This document shows, one piece after another, positions 33,973 to 40,627 of a stretch of DNA of 40,627 nucleotides; position 1 is the stretch's first letter, and every line of letters starts with the position of its first letter. Source of the stretch: a virus (taxonomy: Duplodnaviria; Caudoviricetes); IMG/VR virus record IMGVR_UViG_3300012982_000003, positions 1 to 40,627 of that record, one strand, 5' to 3'. The notes beneath the pieces were generated by a model. That model was not told the DNA's origin. It saw only the letters and a program-made list of their open reading frames with translations, and did not search any database. The translations under genes and the position numbers were made by a program.

Positions 33973-34191
33973 TTAGGCTAACTTGGCTTGCATAGCGGTA
34001 ATCTCGGCTTGCATGCTGGCGATTGTGGTGGCATCAGCCTGCTCTGCGGCCGTGACGGCTGCGGCCACCTGTTGCGGGATAGCGGCCAGCTTTGTATCGA
34101 TAGCGGCGCTGAGGGTGTTTAGGCTTGCTTGTAATGCGTCGATAGCTTGTGACATGTGGTAAATCCTCTTGATTGTCGTAAATATTGACAT
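33973..34191 (-). CDS. Ala-rich coiled-coil hypothetical protein
   Basis: ORF track; alternative start 34155 with GAGGA RBS. Confidence 0.6.
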   Translation of the reverse strand: MSIFTTIKRIYHMSQAIDALQASLNTLSAAIDTKLAAIPQQVAAAVTAAEQADATTIASMQAEITAMQAKLA

Positions 34192-34494
34192 TGATTTGTT
34201 TGACTAATTCCGGTTTGCGTAGGATATACGCTCGTATTGTGTCGCTGCGCTTGACACTTTTTGTATTACAGTGACTTGTGCGTGATTGCGTGCAATCAAT
34301 AGGTTACGCGGATTTGCGCTGTAACTCATTGATCCGTCGTGACGGTAAATCTTACACTTCCGTGTTGTGACTGTATGTGACTTGCCGATGATTTACAGCG
34401 CGCCGCTATAGTATCAATACCTTGCGAGTGCTAGCGCGCAATTGGCACAGCGTATGCTATGTGTATAGCAACACCAACCAAAGAGGGTAAGAAG

Positions 34495-34685
34495 ATGATC
34501 AAGCACAGCAACCAATCGTGGGAAGTCGGCGAAGTCGTCAAGATCGGATTCATGAGCTTGCGCGTTATCCGCAAGGAACCAACCCCCGGCGACTGCCAGA
34601 CGCATACATTCTCTGCGGCCTGGGCGCAAGCGCGTCAAGGCAATACCGGTTCGTGCCTCACAATGGGCTGAACCGGATCAACTAA
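34495..34685 (+). pseudogene. Frameshifted small phage protein
   Basis: MIKHSNQSWEVG...PTPGD continues in another frame as PDAYIL...YRFVPHNGLNRIN*. Confidence 0.6.
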
Positions 34686-34762
34686 CCCACCGCAACACCC
34701 GCCCATATCCGGGATTAGATAGGGACCGTATCCAGATCGGTAAAATCTGGGAGGATCGGAAA

Positions 34763-34999
34763 ATGAGCAGCAACACGAAAAGAGTCACGGCTTTTGCATT
34801 TTATCACCCCTCACACAATATTCATCGCGCCCCAGTACCGGCCACACACTATCAAATATGGCAGGTGACTGGGCGAGGGACAGAGTGGAAGCGCGGCCCA
34901 ATTAATGAGTTTTGCATGATCGGTATAGCTAATACCGAATGGATTATAAATAAAATGCCCCTGTCGCCGCAGGGTGAGCCGCTGACTGGAGGCAATTAA
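34763..34999 (+). CDS. Hypothetical protein
   Basis: GGAGG RBS. Confidence 0.55.
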   Translation: MSSNTKRVTAFAFYHPSHNIHRAPVPATHYQIWQVTGRGTEWKRGPINEFCMIGIANTEWIINKMPLSPQGEPLTGGN

Positions 35000-35000
35000 A

Positions 35001-35282
35001 ATGAGCATGATTAAGATTATTTCTCCAGATGGAAAATACGCCCTCATCGCTGATCGTGATGAAGCTGGCAAAAGTTTGCCGCCGCTTTCTTCTGGATTCT
35101 CTCGCGAACCAGGCACAATACTTCGCGTATCCTCTACCGTAGCCCAACCATTTATTTGTGCGAACTATGATGCAGAAGGCCATTTCGTTGGCGGCCGCAC
35201 ATACAGCGAGGTAAATAAAAATTCGGCAATTACCGCCCTGAAAGAAAAAGGCTTCCGCATCGAGGAGATCACTAATGCGTAG
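35001..35282 (+). CDS. Hypothetical protein
   Basis: GGAGG RBS. Confidence 0.6.
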   Translation: MSMIKIISPDGKYALIADRDEAGKSLPPLSSGFSREPGTILRVSSTVAQPFICANYDAEGHFVGGRTYSEVNKNSAITALKEKGFRIEEITNA

Positions 35283-35514
35283 CACAATCATAATCAGCAA
35301 GCGCGGCGACGGCTACGTGAGCACCGTATCCGGTAAGCACGGTGGCGGCCATAGTGGCGCAAAAGCCGGCTTGACTCCGTACGAGGCAGCCGCGACCGCT
35401 GCCAAATACATGATCGAGTATGCGCAGAGCAACCAGGAGGGCGGTGACCTTATGGCGCCCACCGAAGTGCTCGACCTCGTACCGGCACACCTGCACTCAC
35501 TCCCGGCAAAGTAA
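35275..35514 (+). CDS. Hypothetical protein
   Basis: GAGGAG RBS; overlap with previous gene. Confidence 0.6.
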   Translation: MRSTIIISKRGDGYVSTVSGKHGGGHSGAKAGLTPYEAAATAAKYMIEYAQSNQEGGDLMAPTEVLDLVPAHLHSLPAK

Positions 35515-35558
35515 TTTCAACCCCGCGCCACGGACGGCGCACTGAATGAGGATGTGAC

Positions 35559-35717
35559 GTGTTATTGACCAATCGCAAACCCGCACAGCCGACAATCACG
35601 GTCTCGATGCGGCTACCGCCTGAGATCCATGCCAGACTGGTCGCTGCGGCCAAGCTGGCGAAGATGCCACTTAATCAGTTTCTAGTCCGGCTTGTAGATG
35701 CCGGTACGAAACGCTAA
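35559..35717 (+). CDS. Arc/HicB-type ribbon-helix-helix regulator (not in ORF track)
   Basis: VSMRLPPEIHARLVAAAK......NQFLV; GAGGA RBS, GTG start. Confidence 0.75.
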   Translation: MLLTNRKPAQPTITVSMRLPPEIHARLVAAAKLAKMPLNQFLVRLVDAGTKR

Positions 35718-35746
35718 CCCGCCCCGCAAATCCCCAACCCTAACGC

Positions 35747-35768
35747 AAAAACCCGCAGGGATGCGGGC
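35747..35768 (-). terminator. tR'-like terminator just downstream of the late promoter
   Basis: CCCGCA-TCCC-TGCGGG followed by TTTTT. Confidence 0.75.
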
Positions 35769-35809
35769 TAAAGTGTCGTGCTTTGGCGACAGAAATACAC
35801 AATGCGCCC

Positions 35810-35838
35810 TTAATACCAAACTACTGCCACCGTGTCAA
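35810..35838 (-). promoter_or_regulatory. pR'-like sigma70 late promoter
   Basis: TTGACA-17 nt-TATTAA overlapping the stop codon of the Q-like gene. Confidence 0.8.
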
Positions 35839-36257
35839 CAGACTTTTTCGCGCTCGTCCAAATCGGCGTAAACGTCCAGATAATCAGAGCGCCAGCCCTT
35901 CACCTTTCCCCGCAAATCGGACAGGACGCGGAAATAGGTGCGCTCGCTCAAGCCAGCCGCAAGGAATCGCCGATCCCCGCGCATGCCGTAACCGTCCTTG
36001 CCCACGTATTGGCACCAGGCGACCGTCAGGAGCCGCGATTCAGCCGGCAAGGCGCGCAGCCATTGGTCCAGCCGCGAAAGCATCACATCGCCATCGTAGA
36101 GCGGCACACGCGGGCCGAACGTCTCAGACATGCCCAGCCCATCATGCATTACCCGGCCAATTGTCGTCGTCGAGGGATAACCCAACCCGGACACGCCGCG
36201 CACACGCCATTGGCCCCAATCCAGCAGTAGCAAATGTCCACGGTCGAGTTTTACCAT
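35835..36257 (-). CDS. Q-like late antiterminator
   Basis: LLLDWGQW....GLGYP and C-terminal HTH-like GLSERTY; lies after rusA and before promoter/terminator. Confidence 0.7.
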   Translation of the reverse strand: MVKLDRGHLLLLDWGQWRVRGVSGLGYPSTTTIGRVMHDGLGMSETFGPRVPLYDGDVMLSRLDQWLRALPAESRLLTVAWCQYVGKDGYGMRGDRRFLAAGLSERTYFRVLSDLRGKVKGWRSDYLDVYADLDEREKVC

Positions 36258-36434
36258 CAATTATCCGCCAGCTTAAATTTACGACACCGCCCCACCCGCC
36301 ACGCTATAGGCGGATTCAGCCCTTTGCCGCACACTATCCGGCCATCATGCAGATCGTGCTTCCAGCGGCATGCCTTCTGCAATCTGCAAAGCCTGCGCGC
36401 GGGCCTCGGTTTGGGTTAGGATAGTTTCGGGCAT
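36257..36434 (-). pseudogene. Frameshifted small Cys-rich protein
   Basis: MPETILTQTEARAQ in one frame, CRWKHDLHDGRIVCGKG...RCRKFKLADN* in the +1 frame; TGATG overlaps at both ends. Confidence 0.45.
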
Positions 36435-36808
36435 CAGTAAACCACCCTCGCGCCGTCCAGCTCGATAAGCTCGATATGCACGCGCCCGTCTCGTTCAATG
36501 GGTCCGCGAATAATCAACAGCCGGTCAATCTGCGAGTCGTCGACGTAGATGCCGGCATGCGCCAAAGCGTCTAAGATCGCCTTGGGCAAGTTATCAAGGT
36601 CGCGCCTGCGCCGGTCTGGCGGGTAGGCCGTAATCGTGGCGTGTAGGCGGCCTGTGAGCGGCTTGCCGTGGTTTCGCACACGCTCGGGGAGGCACTCGCT
36701 TATCACGGCTTTGCGATAGTCGCGCCCGGCCTTGCTGGTCATGGTTCGTCCGGCAACGGTTCGCCAATAAGTGTTCACGGAAGGCGGATAAGGAAGCGAC
36801 AGGATCAT
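36434..36808 (-). CDS. rusA: Holliday junction resolvase RusA
   Basis: LPYPPSVNTYWR, PPDRRRRDLDNLPKAILDAL, DDSQID. Confidence 0.95.
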   Translation of the reverse strand: MILSLPYPPSVNTYWRTVAGRTMTSKAGRDYRKAVISECLPERVRNHGKPLTGRLHATITAYPPDRRRRDLDNLPKAILDALAHAGIYVDDSQIDRLLIIRGPIERDGRVHIELIELDGARVVY

Positions 36809-36909
36809 TGCAGGATCATCAATACCGCGAAGCCGGCCAAATAAAACATCATGCACGCATACGCCACGAACGCGATGCGCATGAACAACTTATATCGTTC
36901 CCTATCCAT
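36805..36909 (-). CDS. 34-aa membrane peptide
   Basis: MDRERYKLFMRIAFVAYACMMFYLAGFAVLMILQ; ATGA overlap with rusA. Confidence 0.5.
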   Translation of the reverse strand: MDRERYKLFMRIAFVAYACMMFYLAGFAVLMILQ

Positions 36910-37045
36910 TCGCCACCATCCAGCACACAAGCAGTATCGCCAGTAGCAGGCACACAAACCCAGCCACGGCAGTCAGCCAGTTCGCACGCTCGTCGTAGTT
37001 CGCGATCTCTCGATTGTCTGTGTCCAGCTTGTCGTTCTGATTCAC
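36902..37045 (-). CDS. 47-aa protein with C-terminal TM
   Basis: GGAGG RBS, GTGA overlap; ...WLTAVAGFVCLLLAILLVCWMVANG. Confidence 0.55.
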   Translation of the reverse strand: MNQNDKLDTDNREIANYDERANWLTAVAGFVCLLLAILLVCWMVANG

Positions 37046-37356
37046 GTTCTCACCCTCCGCAATTCCCAACCGTTTTCAAGTCGGCGCAATAGCGTCATGA
37101 TGACAAGAAATTCAAATTCCTCGCTTCTCTCAATGCTTTTGCTGCCGCCGTTTTTGCCTTCGCTAAACTCGGCATCACAATCCGCGCATAGGTCCGCTAC
37201 AACAACGTCTGCGCATTTAACGCCCCTGCCCTTTCCGAACAAATGCTGACGCAGCCCGTTGTAATGAGCCGCGCGAATCGTGTCCTGGTTCATGAAGCAA
37301 CGGATGCACTCGCGGCCCTCAGCGTCGGCTAGGTATGTGCGGTTGGTGTAGGTCAT
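37042..37356 (-). CDS. YbcO/DUF1364-like Zn-binding nuclease-fold protein
   Basis: CIRC, AAHYN, GKGRGVK..D, LCADC. Confidence 0.7.
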   Translation of the reverse strand: MTYTNRTYLADAEGRECIRCFMNQDTIRAAHYNGLRQHLFGKGRGVKCADVVVADLCADCDAEFSEGKNGGSKSIERSEEFEFLVIMTLLRRLENGWELRRVRT

Positions 37357-37772
37357 GCGGACCTCGCGGCTAGCTGTTCGTACCCTTCATCGCGGGGTTC
37401 GGGTATGTAAACGCCGTCATCCGATAAAACCAGATCGATGCCATTGTCAAACTCTGCGTATTCTTTCGCCGTGTCCGGTGACGGCAATCCGCGAACGCTG
37501 CCGTCTGGCATATCGACTACGCCGATCAGCTTTCGCTTGTAAAACTCATGCCACGTTTCGCGGTCATATTTCTTGCCGTCTACCCAGTAGTTTTCCGAAA
37601 GCCATGCCATGCGTGCCCAGTGCCGCTTACGCTGCTCGTGGTTCGCTTGTTTCCGATACAGCTTTACCGAGACCTCAAAGTGCGGCTTGCCCGGCGTCTT
37701 GAGCGGCAGAGACGTGATACACGCCAAAGCGCGCTTGCGGTCTGAGTCGGTGATTATCTCGAAGGCCTTCAC
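37353..37772 (-). CDS. ninB: NinB-like recombination protein
   Basis: EQ...HW, DGKKYDRETWHEFYKRKLIG..D.PDG. Confidence 0.7.
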   Translation of the reverse strand: MKAFEIITDSDRKRALACITSLPLKTPGKPHFEVSVKLYRKQANHEQRKRHWARMAWLSENYWVDGKKYDRETWHEFYKRKLIGVVDMPDGSVRGLPSPDTAKEYAEFDNGIDLVLSDDGVYIPEPRDEGYEQLAARSA

Positions 37773-38371
37773 GACGGGCTCCCGTCTCTCAGGTGAATAC
37801 GATCAAGGGCATCCCACATGCGTAGGCTGGCAAGTCTGGCAATGTCTACCGCGTCAGAGGCGTCTATCTGTTCTGCTTCACGGCATGGCGTAGCGCGTAT
37901 CTCGACACGAGTTACAAGCCTGCCGTCGCTGTCGGTGGCAATGGTTATCACGCCGCTTTTAGACGAGGGCAGGCAGGCAATAAGTTCTGGCTTCCAAACA
38001 TCGATTGGCACGGCGTAGTAATGTTTCCAAACCCTATGAGGCCAGTCGCGACGCCTACGTTTAGCTTCTCGTTCTGGATCATCGTGGCGCATAAATGGGC
38101 CGTCGATCCTCCAGTCCCAGTTGTGAAACCATTTGTCTTTCTTGGCGTCCGCCTTCAAATCTTGCCTACTGATCTTGATCTCGATATCGATGATTTGCAG
38201 CCTTCGTGTCACCACAAGCAAATCGCACTCCGACCCAGGCCATGTGCAATTTGGGACGATAACAAGGTGCTTGCGCTCAAATACCTGCCGAGCCAAGGCG
38301 GCGGCGATCCGCGTCTCGCTCCACGAAACACCGGCGCGGGTGATGTCGTTGCGTAGGATGATGGTGGTCAT
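37769..38371 (-). CDS. PD-(D/E)xK nuclease-like protein (MmcB-like)
   Basis: ECDLLVV...DIEIKISRQDLKAD..K, HYYAVP. Confidence 0.7.
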   Translation of the reverse strand: MTTIILRNDITRAGVSWSETRIAAALARQVFERKHLVIVPNCTWPGSECDLLVVTRRLQIIDIEIKISRQDLKADAKKDKWFHNWDWRIDGPFMRHDDPEREAKRRRRDWPHRVWKHYYAVPIDVWKPELIACLPSSKSGVITIATDSDGRLVTRVEIRATPCREAEQIDASDAVDIARLASLRMWDALDRIHLRDGSPS

Positions 38372-38556
38372 GCTTTCACCCGCTTGAAATTAGGCTCTAG
38401 CACTTCTTCGTGCAGGTAGTCCTCGCAGTTCGTGTGCTGGCGCATCGTCACGACACCGGCTATTTCGCTGTACTCGCTCCAATACCGATGCCCAGCCGGA
38501 ATCTTTCGCGAGCATTCTGTACAGCGGTAATACTTTTTGGCCGTCGCGATCTTCAC
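38368..38556 (-). CDS. Small Zn-finger protein
   Basis: CTEC...I..G..Y...HTNC; GGAGG RBS and GTGA overlap. Confidence 0.6.
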   Translation of the reverse strand: MKIATAKKYYRCTECSRKIPAGHRYWSEYSEIAGVVTMRQHTNCEDYLHEEVLEPNFKRVKA

Positions 38557-38735
38557 GCCAGCCTCCACACTTCCGAGTCGTGCCGCCTGTCCCCGCTATC
38601 GCACACAAGCCCCTGTGCGCTCATCTGCGCCACGATTGCCGCAACCGTGCCACGATATCCACGAAGGGCTTTTGTCAGCTCGTCAACCGTTGCAGGGCCG
38701 ATTCTGAGTAGCTTGGTGAGTAGGTCGCGATTCAT
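38553..38735 (-). CDS. Small winged-helix-like protein
   Basis: GPATVDEL...L....GTV......GLV.DSG.RR. Confidence 0.6.
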   Translation of the reverse strand: MNRDLLTKLLRIGPATVDELTKALRGYRGTVAAIVAQMSAQGLVCDSGDRRHDSEVWRLA

Positions 38736-39091
38736 GCCTTCACCCGCTCGGCAAAGGTGGCATGCGCTTCAAGATACTCACTGGCCGCAGTTCTCGGCAC
38801 AGGGACAGGCAAGTGCGCAGTTTTCACTTCGTCCGCCTTGCGCATGTAGTGCGCCGCGCAATGGCTAATCCAGCGCACGAAAGTGAAGTCAGGTTTCAGG
38901 ATGAGTTGCTTGTTTTCAACTCGCCCGAAGTTTGAAAAAAATCCGGTGCGCTCATGTCCCGCAACTCGCACAACGCAAAACAACACGGCAACGTCTTCGC
39001 GGCAATCTGGCGATGAACAAATCGACGGCGGACGCGGAACGTCCGGCAAAATATCTTCACGCAGGCCGTCAAAGCGTTTTGTGATTGACAT
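38732..39091 (-). CDS. Hypothetical protein
   Basis: ORF track; GAGG RBS; coupled to neighbours. Confidence 0.6.
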   Translation of the reverse strand: MSITKRFDGLREDILPDVPRPPSICSSPDCREDVAVLFCVVRVAGHERTGFFSNFGRVENKQLILKPDFTFVRWISHCAAHYMRKADEVKTAHLPVPVPRTAASEYLEAHATFAERVKA

Positions 39092-39833
39092 GGTATTTGC
39101 CCTCGATGACCTTGATGATGTTGCTTGCGTTGACGAGCCATTCGAGGTCAGCGCGGAATGGAGGCCGGGTATCGTGGCTGGGTATTCGACCCATCAGGAA
39201 ATCCGACTTGCGGACGATCTGGAAATATTCCCGCCACGAGTCCAAGTCGGGCAGGTCGTCTGCCCATCGCTGGCGGATGTGTCCCTTGCGTTTCTCCGAG
39301 AGCTTCACGCACTGGGGAAGTTCTGGGAGCAGTGCGTGGTAGGTTTCGAGAATTTCGACGAACGGCACTTGCGGTCGGGACGGAGTTCCGACAAGCACCG
39401 TAGGTGCTAAAGTAGGTCCTGATCCTAGGTCCACGATCCTAGGTCCTGATCCTAGATCAGCATCGATTGTTCGCGAGGACTCGCGAGGATTCGCGAGTGG
39501 GTCATTTGGAGCGGGTAATCGTGATGGTGTCGGCCTGTCTATTTTTTGATGTTTCAACCAGTTGCATATTTGCAGATAGGTTGACCCCTCGACCAAGTAC
39601 CGAAGGACGCAGTTCTGGTCCTCAAGCTCTGACAGCCAGCCGTCGATGAGTGCCGGTGCATCGTCATCGTATGGGTAGAGAAGGCTCGCGAGCATTCGCG
39701 AGGGCGCGCGAGTCCTCCCCTCATCATCAACAATTGTCATGGGCTGAAGAAACAAAAGGCGCGCGTCACGGGAAATTGCGCCCATGCTTTCCGATTGCGG
39801 AAACTCAGGCTTTATCGAACGGATGCGTGCCAT
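39069..39833 (-). CDS. Phage replication initiator
   Basis: MARIRSIKPEF...ARLLF....DDEGR...W.KHQKIDRP; C-terminal SDFLMG...ADLEWL....KVIEGKY. Confidence 0.85.
   Translation of the reverse strand: MARIRSIKPEFPQSESMGAISRDARLLFLQPMTIVDDEGRTRAPSRMLASLLYPYDDDAPALIDGWLSELEDQNCVLRYLVEGSTYLQICNWLKHQKIDRPTPSRLPAPNDPLANPRESSRTIDADLGSGPRIVDLGSGPTLAPTVLVGTPSRPQVPFVEILETYHALLPELPQCVKLSEKRKGHIRQRWADDLPDLDSWREYFQIVRKSDFLMGRIPSHDTRPPFRADLEWLVNASNIIKVIEGKYHVNHKTL
39412..39497. repeat. Iteron-like repeats inside the initiator gene (candidate ori)
   Basis: GATCCTAG x3 within TAGGTCC repeats at 39412-39458; TCGCGAG x3 at 39471-39497 and similar repeats at about 39687-39711. Confidence 0.55.
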
Positions 39834-39889
39834 CTATGCCTGTCCCCAGAATGAGACAAATCGAAAAAAGGCCAAAAAAAAGACGGTCA

Positions 39890-40123
39890 TCATTTTTTTA
39901 CCACAGGATTAAGCGAGAGGTATTTCATGTACGCAGCACTGAAATGAGACGTGGTATGAGCGATGCCAAACGAGTTTTCAAATTCGCGCGCAATCTCTCC
40001 CCAAGTCATATCTTTTTCGGTTCTCATGATATGAATGGCTTCGCCGTATTCGTAAAGTGGCCTATATTGACGCGGATCCGGCAGTGCTTTCGCATACGCA
40101 ATGACGTCCTCTATGTCTGGCAT
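39890..40123 (-). CDS. Hypothetical protein, possible HTH
   Basis: AAGGTGG RBS; MTWGEIAREF. Confidence 0.6.
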   Translation of the reverse strand: MPDIEDVIAYAKALPDPRQYRPLYEYGEAIHIMRTEKDMTWGEIAREFENSFGIAHTTSHFSAAYMKYLSLNPVVKK

Positions 40124-40152
40124 ATTTATGCCACCTTTCCCTATAACTTGAG

Positions 40153-40506
40153 TCACGCCGCACCCCTCCGCCCGCCCTGGTCCGACGCACGACGCGCTAG
40201 GGAGCGCGCACGGCCCAGAACCATGTTGCTGTACTGGTTGATTGCAAAGTTGCCGCAAACGGCTTGAAAAATGATTCCCTTGCCGGGCGGGATGCCAGCA
40301 AGACCGTTAATCATTTTCGAGAACGTGGCCCTATCGACGCGTACCCTGTCAGCAGCTTCGCGCTGTGTCATTTCCTTATCGCGCCGATGCGCCCAGCACA
40401 TTTGTATGGCTTCTTTTTCGGACTTTAATTTGCCGATGATCGACATATCTAAATCGACAGCTTCACGCAAAACGCCGCCGAAAAGCCTTAAATCTTCCTG
40501 TTCCAT
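40153..40506 (-). CDS. HTH regulator in the CII position
   Basis: MTQREAADRVRVDRATFSKMING, F..VCGN.A..QY; GAGG RBS at 40506. Confidence 0.65.
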   Translation of the reverse strand: MEQEDLRLFGGVLREAVDLDMSIIGKLKSEKEAIQMCWAHRRDKEMTQREAADRVRVDRATFSKMINGLAGIPPGKGIIFQAVCGNFAINQYSNMVLGRARSLARRASDQGGRRGAA

Positions 40507-40614
40507 GATGGCCTCTATGTAATCAGACATAAAAAACTTTTGTCCATAATTTGTGGACGTTGAGTTGCGTTGAAGGTCTTGCGCATGGCAAATTTTTTTC
40601 GCCGTCACAACAAT

Positions 40615-40627
40615 AAAAAAAGCCCGC
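40615..40627 (-). terminator. 3' half of a probable terminator (tR1-like), truncated
   Basis: GCGGGC followed by T7 at the window edge. Confidence 0.45.

Larger units (their letters stand above)
33556..34424. promoter_or_regulatory. Cluster of IHF consensus sites; candidate packaging-initiation region
   Basis: Four perfect and two single-mismatch WATCAANNNNTTR matches. Confidence 0.55.

Noticed and set aside
35783-36424. 213-aa + strand ORF
   Set aside because: Antisense to the Q-like gene and late promoter; composition looks non-coding
39735-39746. QPMT in the initiator where QLWT might be expected (compensated indel pair)
   Set aside because: Rests only on my memory of the family consensus; cannot be supported without an alignment

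Overview
The window is most of one temperate, podovirus-like tailed phage genome from a probable proteobacterial host, in its excised (attP) configuration. Positions 1-8744 are transcribed on + and carry the early-left genes (DUF6745 pair, Bet recombinase, coiled-coil protein), xis/int, an integrase-N-domain/GIY-YIG fusion, a 46-bp tRNA-Thr(CGT) attP core and a glycosyltransferase moron. From 40627 down to 8746 nearly everything is on -: CII-position regulator, replication initiator, nin region, RusA, Q-like antiterminator with a pR'/tR'-like promoter and terminator, terS-like gene, three carbohydrate-active virion-type proteins placed between terS and terL, terL, portal, scaffold, N4-gp56-type capsid, tail adaptor and hub, three ejection proteins, a PurD-like ATP-grasp ligase, a tail fibre, and a lysis cassette. 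The cI/cro switch lies outside the window. Most notable observations: (1) a PurD-like ligase with altered active-site motifs and an apparent ATC start, next to a tail fibre gene bracketed by two paralogous zincin-like mini-proteins, suggesting a ligase/peptidase modification module; (2) an exact 35-bp copy of an ejection-gene segment inserted antisense into an early gene, which it frameshifts; (3) a GIY-YIG nuclease fused to a homologue of the integrase arm-binding domain, between int and attP; (4) a 47-bp perfect in-frame identity between two diverged tailspike paralogues; (5) a glycosyltransferase cassette bounded by 16-bp direct repeats. All protein family calls come from motif recognition by eye; no database searches were run.
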